Shown here one piece after another: positions 10,991 to 24,338 of a DNA stretch of 64,000 nt. The translations under genes and the position numbers were made by a program. The stretch is from Catajapyx aquilonaris (lineage: Eukaryota), in the NCBI GenBank assembly GCA_000934665.2, contig KZ537990.1, positions 1 through 64,000 on the forward strand. Direction: 5' to 3'. Under the pieces are notes generated by a model that did no database searches, had not been told where the DNA came from, and saw only the letters and a list, made by a program, of their open reading frames with translations. Every line of letters starts with the position of its first letter. The first letter of the stretch is position 1.

Positions 10991-13900
10991 TTCAGAACCT
11001 GCTGGCTTCCGGAGAGACTCTTGCAGACTATTGGTCTCTGCCACGTATCTACAGACGGCTGGTTGCAAGATAGTTTGAACCACAGTTCCCAGGAGATTAA
11101 CCCATATTTTGATGCAATATTACTGCATATGAAACACTCTGCGAATAAGAGAAAATATTTGCTGAATTTGAGCAGTTTAAATACTCTTCTTGAAGCAGAT
11201 TTTTTTTGCATATGCATGCGAAACTGTACAGTGAGTTCGGAAACAAAGCACAGCAGCACACATCTGCTGCCAACAACATCGGAGTGGCAGCCAACAAATG
11301 AATAAAACATGTGGAAGAGGTGAGAGTTGTCTGTGAACTAGCTCATGGGTTTCGCACTCTAGTTGTGTCAGAATAGGGGCAAAAATTCAGTGTATTTAGT
11401 TAACACCAAACCTGCTGGTGTCAGCCACGCTCAGTTGCAGAACCATGGCCTAAAAAAATTGTGGGGAAAAAACGTGAGAAAGAATTTTCGCCTAGGAACA
11501 ATCGATGGTGCAATGTGTAATTCCCATGACAACAGAACTGACTCTATTTTTAAAGGTGACAACACTATACTATCTGGAGCATGCAAGTGAAGTATATACA
11601 GTATAGCTGTTGTTACTCCCAACAGATCGGGCAAGAAAATGGGAGAGCTGAGACGTGAACTAATGCTGTTGTTTTTCTTCCTGTTACACTTCATTACCTG
11701 CGCTGGAAAACTGTTGCCGGGAAGGAAAGACAAGAAATCACTCCGGAATCGTTGGAACCATCAGGTTCAAAACTATATAGCCTATGGTGACATATGACAA
11801 GTTCTTAGGAATAAAGTAAATCTGATTCCACATACATTACCCCCCCAAAAAATATTGTCTGCTCTAAATCTCCTCAGAACTTCGGGCCTTTTCGCTTGAA
11901 ATGATCACACGCAAGATTTAATCCTTCAAACGGATTTTAAATTGCACTTTTTTATTCAAAGATAAAGAGAAAAAAAACCTTAGATATTTTCCCAAATGAT
12001 TAACCTTTACCGCAAGAGCCTCGAACCAGAACATTACGACTGAATTCACCTGATCTAAAAGAACCAAGGCGAAATTTTGCATAAGAAAAAAAAATAGCAT
12101 TTTCAAAAGGAGATTTTGGAAGCCCAAGGGTGCTGCTGGTTGGAGGAATAAAAATTCGGCAAGTTTCTAGATTGCAAAACACGGTGAGGGAGCAAAGAGA
12201 CATTTTTCTTGCGAAAACCATTAAAGCAAGGATTTGCAAGGAATTTCCACTTGTATTCTTCCATACCCATTATTTGTGCCCCCCCGACCGACGTTTATGG
12301 CGCATTAAGTTTCCATTTTGGAACAATGCGCCGTCTAGCATACATCACCATAATTGCCTAGTAATTAAAACGGACAGATTAATCTCAGACGTGAAGCGAA
12401 TGGCTCTCACGCGCACTTTTGGCCCACTTATCAGCGACTCCGATGTTTTGTATCACCCTTGAGATGTGTGTCGTTGTAACGGGCCGTTAATAAGTGGAAA
12501 GTCACATATTTTCGTCCGAATAATCGCTACAGAATTATTCGGGCTGAAACATATACAAGGAAAGAATACTGCTGCAGAAATTTTGCTGATAAGCTCAGGC
12601 CACCCGACTGTCCAGGCAGTACTAAACGATTCTCATAGATGGCGCAACCGCTCTCTGCATACTCCTGCCACTATCAGGTCGTGCGAGGGGTAGTGGTACT
12701 ATCAGCTCGGACAAACAAATGGAAAGAGAGACAGAACTGATTTTTCTGCTAATTAGAAATAATATTTTCTGAAAGCTCACATTTTAGGCCCACTGTTTTT
12801 TTCCCCACCATTTGCTATAGGTTTCTACTGAGGTAACAGAGCGATTGTGCATTTGAAAGGCTTTTTTTGTTTCTTTTGGTCCCCACACTTGGGCCTGTAA
12901 AAAGGCATGTTTACCAGAGGGAATCAGATGGAAACGTGTGCTTTATGAAGCATGGCGGGCAGGTAAGCAGGTAAAGCAGAGGGTTTGTCCCGCTCTGCAG
13001 TCTCCCGATGGAGAATAGTTTTTTCCGGATCAAGAGGAGGGATATGAGGCCACAAAAGACCAGGAAACAAGTGCAGCACTGGTTGGGGATTTTACAAAAA
13101 GGAAACGAGTCGGTAAAGGAAAAAAAAGAATGGTGGTGCCTTCATAGGAGGTGGGAGGGTCGAAAGAGAATTTGTACTTCCGAAAACCATCCAAAGAAAA
13201 AAGGTCCGTTTGTATATTGTCGGAACCAAACGGGACACTTGCACGTTTTTCAGGAGTATTTTTGTACAGTTGGGAGTTCGTGAAAGAAAGATGTGGTATT
13301 TGATCCTGTTTAGCTCAACATAGAGAACGTGAACAAAAGGCGAAATCCCTGAGATGAAATGTGCTTTTGACTATATAGCACTGAGATGATAAAACCTTTA
13401 TCATATATTCAGAAACTTTTCTCTCGTGTTTGGAATAGGCTCCAGAATGGCTCGGATGGTTCTAATAAACAGAATTCTGCTTGTTAAAACAGTATAAGCT
13501 TGCTATGCATTTCAGGGCACGTTTAATGCGCTTCAGGTAATCTATAAAGAGGGAGTGCTGTAATTTGAAGACTAAATAAATTATGGAGCAAAAAAAGAGT
13601 GGCTGGCATCGCATTACAGCGCTCCTTAAAATCTTCTGAAAAAAAGCAAGACTATTCTGCAAGTTGAGATCGCGGATATATGAGCCCGTTGTTTTTGCAA
13701 ACGAAAGTCAGTGCAGAGAAAACTGGGCTATTTTCTCTTGAATAACAATCCTGGAGTTCATGTGTACTAATCATGGAAATAACTTAATGGTCGTTAATGT
13801 ACTTCGAAAATATTGTGAATTGCAGCTCGCACATTTGCAATGTAATTTCAATGTATTAAACCCACAATGACGATTAATTAGTGATATGGCGCCACCGCAT

Positions 13901-14841
13901 TCTCTCTGGTGTTTGTCTTTACCACGACTGACGAGTCTACCGTGTTTTAAATCGACCCCCTTTTCGTATGGGTGTTTCCAGGGGGGACTGTCCTGTGTTT
14001 GGACAAGGTCTACCAATGTTGCTTCACCCTTTGGAAGGATAACGAGAAAAGGATATGTTTGGGATTGATCTGAATACCTTTAAATTTGTGATGGTTTGAA
14101 TACCAAATGACCCCTCTTTGTTTTTGTTCAACCAAAGAGAAATAACACTCGATTTCCGGATTTGTATTTATTTAATTAAATATAACTATGATGACTAAAT
14201 GGGCATATTTTTGTGGATAATAATCTGCTTTTTTTGACGTGGATGATAACGAGCGAAAAGAATTCAACTCCGCTCCCCTGTCTAATCAAGATTTTTGCAT
14301 TACCTCTCGAATTCTCCTCACCTTTCCTTATAAATTATTCACAACGCCATTCACTACTCATCTCCCTGGCCTTTGATGGCTGGGAATTAGACCAGCTTAT
14401 TAAAGAACACCTGCAGCGAGAGGAGAAAGCTCAAGCTGAATTTTTCACCCAAAAAAAGTTTCACCTATATATTCGTTCTCCGGGGGGTCGGTACGTGGCA
14501 CATTTGTTATCATTATCATTATTTTTTTGCTGGCGTATAATAGGCATAGTTTCTTGTATCCTGCAGAGAGACATACTCTTGTACCATTTGAGACACAGCA
14601 GGAGAGAAATTCAAGTTTTCTCTAAACGTAGGGTAAATGTATACCAACATTGCTTATTTGTTCAGTACTCTTTTTGTTTTTATACAATAAATCCCAAAGT
14701 TTAGTAAAACAGCAAAGGTTTCACAGGACCTGAGGGGGTCAAATAATGCAAAGTAGTAGGCATCAAGGGGGTTAGGCCCACAATAAAACGCATCCGAAAA
14801 ATGATCCAGCCGGCATGGAATACTAAAGCACAGGATCCCCC

Positions 14842-14977
14842 CCAGACAGACAGCTCTTCTGATTTGAATTCAGAATCCATTTATAGCCCCGGTAACTGGA
14901 GTCCTCTTGACTATAAAATATCTCGGTTCAAACCATTTCCCCAGAGCCAACTTCAGAGGTCACTGACACGACAAAGG
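14842..14977 (+). promoter_or_regulatory. Recurrent non-coding module F, copy 1
   Basis: CCAGACAGrCAGC..TTCTGATTTGAAT..AGAAyCCATTTATA..TTGACT..AAATATCT..CAGAGGkCACTrAC shared with 42770-42939. Confidence 0.7.
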
Positions 14978-17154
14978 GGTGACGAAAAGCTGGAGTGACA
15001 TCAAAAAGTCCTTTTCCTCCCCCCAGAAGTTCAAACGACTACATCGCATTACTTACCATTCAAAACGGTACTTTCAATACGTTAAAATTTTTTTTCTTCA
15101 GATTTTTCCACTGTACGGACAGGATAACGCGGATTGTATGTAGAGTAAGTTTGACCTTAAAACTAGGAAGAGGAATGTATTGATCATGTTTGCGAGCCGG
15201 AGGAAGCGTGAAATGGTGCCTGCAGCGCTCCCTTTTGTCTGGTCAACCGGGTAATAAGTTTACTTTGTCCTTTTCCTATATCAAGGAAAACAAGCGGCAC
15301 ATATGTGCTTTGAAAACAAAGTTTACAACAAACTGAAGTCCAACAGATTTTTTTTGTGTAAAATTTCTATTAACCCAGATATGCCTAGCGTCCTACATAT
15401 AAGACACTCTTGTACAATTGGTTGATTTTTAGTCATTATGTTCTTCATTTGGTCATAAAATTTAGTGAAAAATAATTCAGGCATCTATTGAAGGGCTGTC
15501 ACATAATTCAACATTACAATTTCTATGTAAAAAAAACGTGATCAAAAAAGAAAATTCGGATAACTTGACTTGTAAGTAGTTCAGGTGTTGAATAACAGAT
15601 GAGAGTAAAAGTTTTGTCAGAAAAGTTCGGCGTAAATGTCGCTAACAAATCGGGTTATCTCAACGTTTCGAACTTTAACAAAAAGATATATATAGGTCGT
15701 ATACATTCGACAGTAAAAAAAGGGAAGGGGGCTGTAGTTTGCCTACCGTCACACAAATAAGGCAGTGCAAGACTCGTAATAGTTGGGAATAAATATCACC
15801 TTGAGTCATTTCATTCAAGGGTTATTTCTACAACCAGCCCAAGAGCGAGGAATTTTAGTGCCACGTGCAGGGTCGGAAACTGGTCCCTTAGGCCTCACCT
15901 GCATACAAAGCAAGGGTATAGCTATTGCCAATAATCCACTTTTGCATGGGTTCGCATTGCAATGTTCCCTTTGGATCCAGCACTAAATGGAATTTCTGGC
16001 CAATTTTTTGCATGGCAGATATATCCGGAGTGTTCCAATTGAAGAGGACGTTTTAGTTATAAATATTTGCACTAAGCTGTTCTCATTGAGGAGTGATTTT
16101 GAACAGTTATTTTTATGAGCTTTTAACTACTGAATAGCCGACCTTTAGACACCGGAAATTCCATACATTATAATAGGCGGTTTAATTAGTGCAGCTCTTT
16201 TGAAACATCTTATTACACCTAAGGTTAGAAGCTCTGCGACGTAACTGATTAATTACAAAATGTCGCTTCACAATTGGAACATTTTGCAATGCATGTAATT
16301 CGCGAGTATTACATTGCTGACGCCTCGGTATACGCTCGTAACATCGTCTTAAATGCAATGGTAATTATACCATCTGACACAAGGGTAATATTGTAATACT
16401 GTTGACACTAAGACGGCTGTTACATCAGGGAATTAGCAGTTATAGTCGCACACACAGATATCTGCAATTAATATTACCATCCATATCTGTTACTGTGTAT
16501 CCTTCATTGTTGCGAAAACCCATTTCCGCGAAACACGCTTGAGTAATAAAAAAAAGTTCCTTCCGCAGAAACAAGATTACGAATTCCAAGTGTCAAAACA
16601 AGGATAGTGTCCGAGTGATGGATTGCGACTGGGTTGGAGGACATCTTTGGAAAATGTTTTTTTTTTCGTCCCGTTTTTTTTTTTTTTGGAAAGTTCGGGT
16701 GACACAGGAAACGAATTATTCGTCTCCGCCGCAAGATAATTCATATCGCCATTCGTCATTCGCTCCGGGATTTTTTTTTTAAGTAGGAAGGTTTGGGGGG
16801 GCTGGGCTGGAAGATTGAAGACTGAACTGGGAAATGGTGTTGATTAAACCCAGCTCCAGTTCATTAATGAAAATTTGAGTCGAGCCATGCTGCTGGGCTG
16901 ATTACGTTGTGATGGGAGAATTTTTATTTCCAAGCTTGAAGAGGAAAATTTAGTGAACCTTCTTGGGGGAAAAAATTATTTTTAAAAAATCTAGTAGGCC
17001 TACGTGTTCTAGTTCAGTTACAAAATAGCAAAATATGCAAATAACGTCACAAAAATCTCAAAGAAGTCATGATAATGTATGTATATGACGCTTGTCATTT
17101 TAGACTTTATTGGCTCCTTTTTTTTTGCTGCAGGCAAAGTCATCATTAGCAGTC

Positions 17155-17335
17155 TCCAAATGTCAGGTCTTTCCGACGTCGTCTTCTCCAGCAGCACAGC
17201 AGCCTTGGCCCTAACGAGGAATCATTAGCGAAGGTGGCAGAGACGCTTGCACAAATGATTATGGTGTGAAATTTGATTCAGGAGGATGAGCATTTCTGTC
17301 TGGATCGAACCAGCAAACTCATTAGGATCTATTCG
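17155..17335 (+). promoter_or_regulatory. Recurrent non-coding module C, copy 1
   Basis: TAACGAGrAATCATTAGCGAAGGTGGCAGArACGCTTGCAsAAATGAT..CTCATTAGGATC shared with 28155-28337; weaker copy at 35712-35868. Confidence 0.75.
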
Positions 17336-18427
17336 TATCTAAAATGTAATTTACAAAACAATTATATGGTAAGACATTAGCTTATATTAGTTTAATAGTA
17401 CAACTGTTACAACTACTTACTATTTATAACTATCTAAATTTTTAAAGGCTGCAAGAGCAAGTTCGTGTTGGCAGAAGAAGCTTAGAAATTCGCAAGAAGA
17501 ATGTTGAAGCAGAGATAACTAAATTTTGTGGACATTACGCTGCCAAGAACGACATAACTCGATTTCCCAAGGAGGCTGCAACTTCACAAACTTCTTTACC
17601 GGTTCAAATGGTATTATACAAAAGAGAGCTTTTCCTGGAGTTTAGAGACGTATTCCGTATATAACTCTTGACTAGGCCTGTACACTAGGAGGTATAGTAC
17701 GAAACTACAGTATGCAATACATTTACTATAAATTCACCTCAAAAATATTTAAAAATCCCAATTTTCACCTCTGAAATGAATAAAAGCTTCACAGTCTCCA
17801 CAGAGTGAGGCAGAAGCAAAATTTTATGTTCAAACGCTGCCAATTTTGAAACGCAGAATAATGCACTCATTCCCAAAATTGCATTTCGCTAATACTTTTT
17901 TTTTTTAAATGAGCACCTAATCAATCAGACTAACACCATAATGTCTATCTGGATCATTAAATTTCATCTGTGGCGATCTGTTGGGGGTTCGCCACGATTA
18001 ATGGAAACGAGTTCCCAGTTTATCACGAATTCGGCCCCACGCCTTCTGAATTTTCATAGTTATTTCGAATTCCATCCAATTTCGTTCCAGCCACGATCTA
18101 TAATTTTCGTACAGTTGCGTTTTCCCCACGCAATTACGAGCAGATCCAGTGTTTCTATACTGTACATACTACAGTGCACCCAAGTGTGTAGCGTTGTGTT
18201 GACAGCTTACCACCCATCAGACAATGGAACCAACCCAACGCTTCATAATGAATGCCACCCACTCCGGACAACCAACAGCGATAACTGAGGTCAATATTAC
18301 GGGTTGTCTGTCCACTGTAGATTGGTCATTTTAAGAACGCAACCGAGTGCGCACACCAGTTCGCGCAAAACCTTCCCACAACGTTGCCACATTCACCATG
18401 TGCTCGCCTCAGCTGTACTTTGACTGG

Positions 18428-18740
18428 CGGGCGCGACACGGTGGTGTAGTGGTTAACGCCACAGCCTTTCCTCATTTCACAAATTCGACGGATGGTTGAG
18501 CGGGCGGAAAGAGTGCGTTTTGTGCGCGGAATGTGAGCGGTTTACACTTTGCGGTTGGCTGAGCGTGTTTGAGTGGGTTTTCTCGGGGTTCTCCCGTTAC
18601 CTCCCACTACCAAAACCCATCACACGAATTCCAGATAGCCTTAGTTGCTTTGAAACAACCAACAAACCAACCAACTATTCTTTGAGTGGCTCTGGCAACG
18701 CTGCAGAGTGGCCCATCAGTGTCAGAAATAAGTGCTACGT
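18428..18740 (+). mobile_element. tRNA-derived SINE with a V/Meta-type conserved core
   Basis: A-box TGGTGTAGTGG at 18442-18452 (B-box not recognisable). Core AGTGGGTTTTCTCGGGGTTCTCCCGTTACCTCCCAC at ~18572-18608 resembles the GTGGGTTTTCTCCGGGTACTCCGGTTTCCTCCCAC block of V-/Meta-SINEs. The 3' end is approximate. Confidence 0.7.
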
Positions 18741-21700
18741 GTTCAACAGCTCATATTGTGCTTACACCCAGACCCCTTCTCATTCCAAGATTGCATCCTA
18801 TGCGCAACGGAATGCGCACTCGGTTGCGTACTTGACCGATGTTTATCTCCAGAATGTTTTTCTTCCTGGAAGAAACGGACCTCTGAGATGGTGACGATCC
18901 CCATTTTGTCAGTCCTCCCTCGTTAGGAGACGGCAGCTTGCACCTACCCGCAGAATAGCCCTGAGCGCAATATGGCCACGTGATTGAGCGCCCTGTTATT
19001 GCAGCCCCAAACGTGTCACTTGCTTCTGACACAGGCTTTGCAGGACATTTTTTTGTGTCGCTCAGCTAATGTGTTGGCGTGCGCGCTGTTCCTCGTAAAA
19101 TCCGGTTTCATACAGCATCCCCCCTTTGAAGCTCGGATGAGCCTCCATGTATAAGGCCTTTTCCTTACCTGGTAGCATTATCTCCAGGAGAATTGGTCTG
19201 GAGAGCAAAGTGCAGACAAGGCGATAAGACAACAGCAAGGTCGACCACACCCGACAGCCGGCCCAATAGCGGTGCGACCCAATTAGACCTGAAGGAGTAC
19301 TCGTTCCTCCCAAAAGTAGAGGCCTCGAACCACGACATCAACCAGTCCTAACACTAATTGCTGGGATTCCAAGCTCCCCTAGACTTCAAGACAAAACACA
19401 AGCCAAGGAAATTCCAGGGAGCACAAATCTGGCCCCCCCAAGAGTTTCTATGCAGGACTGATCTGGAAGAGGAAATTGGCGCATATCAAGTAGAGAGAGA
19501 ATTCTGCACAACAAGAACAAGCACCTGAATTCCCACTTCAATTTCTAGGTTGATATTAACTGACTCTCAAGTAGCGAGGGGGCTTGCAAGGAATCACCAT
19601 TTTCCCACGAGCTGTTACGCAAAGAGGGGACTTACAGGGTTTGCAAATTTCTTGCATAGCAACATGCCTTTTCCATGCACTAAAGTTTTGAGGAAATTCG
19701 AGCCGAAGTTTAAGTCGTGCAGAAAAGCTCAAACTTTTGGATTATCCATCCCCGGACATTTTCATCGCAATATTGTTGGCCACTGGGAAGTTCTGATGGC
19801 GTTAAACGTGCAATACTAAACAAAAAAAAATGTAAATGAGTAAAACATAAATAGACATCAAAAGTCAAATTTTAAACAATGCAGAAGTTTACACCACGTT
19901 CGAGCACGTAAATATTTCAAATGAAAAATGTTAAAAAAAAATTTGACATGTGCAATCCCAATTGAGTTAGATTCAACGAATTTAAATGACGCAATCGCGC
20001 ATTCCTTCTCCCAACGGAATGCAAATTTTACTTTTGTCAAAAACCGCGGAGGCTTAAAATCTAATTAGAGGCCGAGCTTCCAAGCTCTGTGTTGTGGATA
20101 TTTTGGGTCCGTCCGTTTTAATTGTTTTTAAAGCTTTGGGTCCCATTTTATGAGTTTTTCGCCACCGCCGCTTTGGCGTCCTGCTGTGGTTTCAATTTTG
20201 CACAATGGGAAAGTGTATTTTCCATATTTCCTTCAGTTTCAGTTATTTAAAGCGAATCCGGGCAATATATTACATAATAATGTGAGAAATTAATACACTG
20301 CATGTTGTATATTACGTCATTTACCGACGTGTACCTAACCTTGTTACGATTCAAATTAAATTTTTTTTCACCACTCAACATTTAATTACTACATTTTAAA
20401 AGTATTTTGAGTGGCTCTTTTGTGCGACTAATATCAGTTGGTAAACAGGCCTCTAACCACAAAATTAATAGCTCCCTTTAAAAAGCAATATCAAACCGTA
20501 ATTAGCCTGCATTTTGATAACGCCCATTGTTCTTCTTCAGCAAAAAGCAGAGCATGGGATTTAGTGAAGCGCTTCTGTGGGGCTCATCTTGAATATTGCA
20601 ATACCTTGCATCCAGCCTGGTGTTCGCCTGACAAAAGCAGGTGTCGCTTTCAGTAGGAAAAAGAAAGCCTTGGGAAATTAAAAACATTGGGGACACGACA
20701 TCAGCTTGCACTTTCTGCACTTTGATCGCAACTAGAAAATCGCAACATCAACACTGAATTTTCGCTCAACACTAACAACTATTAACATAAAACTAGTTTT
20801 TCTCTCTCTCTCTCTTTCTCTGAAGCAATGTTGTCTACCCTGAAAAGTGCATGTGTAGTAGTGTTCTGAGTTTAAAGTGTGCGAACATATTACACCGTTA
20901 CAAAAGAGTGGGTGTTGGGTCATGCTGGGAAATGATTATTAAAATTCTGCTGGGAAAGTTTTCACGGGGAGCTGACGCTATGAAAATTCCGCTGTGAGCG
21001 CATAATGAACTCTCAGTGCTAATTGCCTATTATGCAGTAGCAATCGAGCTGTTATCGCCCCCTTGCATGGCTTGAAAAAAAAAAAGCGATATCAGAGCAT
21101 ATCGTTGGGTAGCCTTATATCCAACCATGCTTTTTTGGAAGCGAGAAAAATATGGTTGGTTTTGTTATCAAATTTATAAGAAATATCCCTGGATTCTAAG
21201 ATCAGGACAACAGTAAAGTGGGCATGTTACTGTAACTTTTTGAATAGATATACCTGTTCTGTGTATATCAAAGGCATGCATTTCTCAAAAGCAGATTCCC
21301 CGGGAGAGATAGCGTTACTCAACTTACATATGGATTATGACAATGCCGCGTGATGAATGCGCAATTAATTTAACCCAAAACCCCCGCAGAGAGAGGGCCA
21401 GATTCAAACAACAATGGGGCCCAAAGCATATAGATTTTCCCTCCCAACAGTAATTTGAGTAACAAACCTGTGTTTACCTTATCTGGAACTTTATTACGTC
21501 GGGAGTAAGTTTATTGGAAAACGGATAATTATGATGGAGCTGGCGTTTGTGTTGGCAGACCAGAGATGCAGATTCACCAACCATGTCCATTTTAATTACG
21601 CCAGAGTGAACGGGGGAAATGTTATCTTGGGCTTCATTTATTCCGATGCACCAGTCCACTGATTCAGATTTTTCTTCGTCTCTCTCAGGAAAATGTGCAC

Positions 21701-23978
21701 CACTGCATTATTATTTTTGCGTTGATGCAATGGTTCGTATAGCATGTCATTCTGATTCATATGAAAGTGTATGTACAGAATGTTGAGAAGCTGCTTTTGT
21801 AACTGTCGAGTCCAGGCAGTATAAACAACCTGACATTGAGCAACTGGTGGTCAAAAGGGTAAACATCCTCATGAATGTCGGGTCCGCCACGGTGTTTGCA
21901 AATGTCTGAATGGAATTTTCACTAACAATGCATTGCCTGGAGGTCCAGCATTGAGACGCTTCGTTGTGATACATGCACACACAAAAAATAAACCAAAAAA
22001 ATGTAGTATAATTTTTAGTGTCCTTTGTTGTGGCCCTGCCAGGCACGGTTCGTCGCTCTGCATGATTTCTTTTATTGCGGGGTTGAAAAATAATCCTGGT
22101 AAGTACCATTTGCTATTCGTCTCTCGGCGATCAAAATATTTGAATAATAAAATTTGAACAATCAAAATATTTTAATGGAAATGTGAAATCCGCATTTAAA
22201 AGTAAAAATTCGACATACCAGTATTTGACGCTTGCCTAACACAAGAGGCAATTAAAACAATGTTGTAGCTTACCATAATTATACAAAAGGAGGCGTACAA
22301 TAATCCAGTTACTTTCCCAACCTTTTTCCTGGTGGTGGAAGCTCCATGCTCTTGAAGTAAATCTTGGGGGGTTCCCCTGCAGATACATTTATAATCCACT
22401 TGGCATGTTGGGGTAGTCCTGAGCGGAAGAGCATGCAATTTGAACAAGCCTCTCTTTAGCCAACCTTAATTTCTTCCCCAGGGAGCCTGCATTTCCTGGG
22501 TTAAAAGGCTCTCCAGCATTTCACCTCCGCGACCTAAAATAAGCCTCAGGCCACATGTTTCCGCTTCTTCTTGGCTTATTATCCGAGAGTTTACCACTGT
22601 TTAATTGCGCAGAAAGTTCGGATATGCCGGCTTTAATTTTGAACAACCGTGTTTTAAATAAATAGGTCGCAACTACGCACTATTACTGTCAGTATATCTA
22701 CCTACAAACTGAGACCTTATTTTGAGCACGATAGCTGGGTAAATTCCACACCATTTTTTTTGTAGAACTAGAAAAGTGAGGTAGTAAATGTAACGGTCCA
22801 ATTCAGGTCCTCAAATGTTTTCATACCGGTGGTCCAAACCTTTTTTTGGGAGGGCACGGCCGTCCCATGCAGAGCCAAACGTATTCCACGAGCGTCGACG
22901 GTACGACTTTGCTAACGAGTACCATAACAGTAAAAATCTCTCGAATGTGAGAGGAAAAAATCGGCTCAACGGGGCCATGATGCAGAATCCGAGAGTTTTA
23001 CAATGTTACAAAAACGGGCTAAATTTTGATCCCGTTTTTCGCCCCCTTCCACTTCACAATTTTTTTTTTCGGAACAGTTTGCAAGCGAGGATTATGCAAA
23101 CATTGAGGAAATTAAGACTTCTGCATGCTGTCAGGCGTCGTATCAGTGACTAACTTTCGGAGCGAATGGGTTTTAGTACCGGTACGTCGAACTTTTTTTC
23201 TTCGTCTCCGGCCCCTGCTGTGCTTCTGTGTGACTAGGATTGAAAATTTTGCTGTTTATATCCTGTGGAAGAACCATCATGGTGTCCTGTCGTTTCCGAA
23301 ACAACAAATATTTAGACGAGAATTAAAGGGGGTGACAAATTTGAACGGCATATAGGTAAACTTCGTGCTTGGCAAAGCCACAGCAACGTTCGTTGGCCTG
23401 CGACGCACAATCAGGACCGCATTGTTGGCGGGTTCAAAACCCACAATAATTGTCTAGCTACAGATAAGTCAAAACCAAACAGAATCATGATTTAGGAAGA
23501 GCATTAAAATCCCTCGCTGGATAATGCTCCCTAAAATAACTCAAATCCGAGCGTTTAATAAGTGTACCCCTAAAATGAGTTTCCAGCAATGAAACGGGGC
23601 CGCTTTCTCCATGTGTATAGTACACGCGGTGCAGGCGGAGCACTGGAGCGAATTAATCACAAAAACAATTTACGGCTTGCCAGTTGGAATTGGAGCGTGC
23701 GGACCCCTCCATAATAACGTTACCCGCAATACAGAACTGAAAACCCTGTTAAGCGTCATTATTAAAACTGGAGAGAAGCACGTGTAATTATCGCTTCGTG
23801 TGACTACCTTTATTATCCAGCGTCCACTTGGCCCCCCATTCAATACAGGATGTCAACACGAAATAATTAAACGGTGGGAATGTGAATTAATGCGCATACC
23901 CAGTAAATCAACAAGAGAACATTTTTGAGAAAATTTCGTCCTATAAGGCTACTTCAGAGGAATTTTTGATAGTTCAAC

Positions 23979-24338
23979 CAGGGAGCATATACTACATAAG
24001 AGGCGCAACATTCGATTTCCGCGTCTCTCTGTTTGGGGCGTTGCCAAGGCTGGCAGCCATCTTGAAATGTGGGGAACGCCAACGAGGTATAAATAGGGTA
24101 CAGGCAAAAATAGGGTCCCCATCTTTGATTCGCGCGTGTTCTTGCCGTGTAGTTGCCATGGCCGCCAAAACCATCAAAGATGGCGGACCCTATTTTTGCC
24201 TGTACCCTATTTATACCTCGTTGGCGTTCTCCACACTTCAAGATGGCCGCCAGCCTTGGCAACGGCCCCAAACAGAGAGACGCGAACATCAAAGGCGCGG
24301 ACAGAAGTTTGCGCCTCTTATGTAGTATATGCTCCCTG
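23979..24338. mobile_element. 360-bp near-fully palindromic MITE, CA...TG ends, ~7-bp TSD (P-element-like)
   Basis: TIR CAGGGAGCATATACTACATAAGAGGCGCAA / TTGCGCCTCTTATGTAGTATATGCTCCCTG. The arms pair for ~150 nt. Flanks are GTTCAAC (23972-23978) and GCTCAAC (24339-24345). Explains the mirror-image ORFs on both strands. Confidence 0.9.

Noticed and set aside
10847..11083. Module A as a repeated coding exon (ELQPSGT peptide in several minus-strand ORFs)
   Set aside because: Only 4 of 7 differences between copies 2 and 3 fall at third positions, indels between copies break the frame, and I saw no shared splice sites.
17449..17664. ~70-codon open frame after an 80-nt intron-like segment
   Set aside because: The putative upstream exon has stops in all frames and the peptide has no recognisable motif.
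22778..22800. let-7-like TGAGGTAGTA (also at 47415)
   Set aside because: No complementary star arm or hairpin, and the 3' part does not match let-7.
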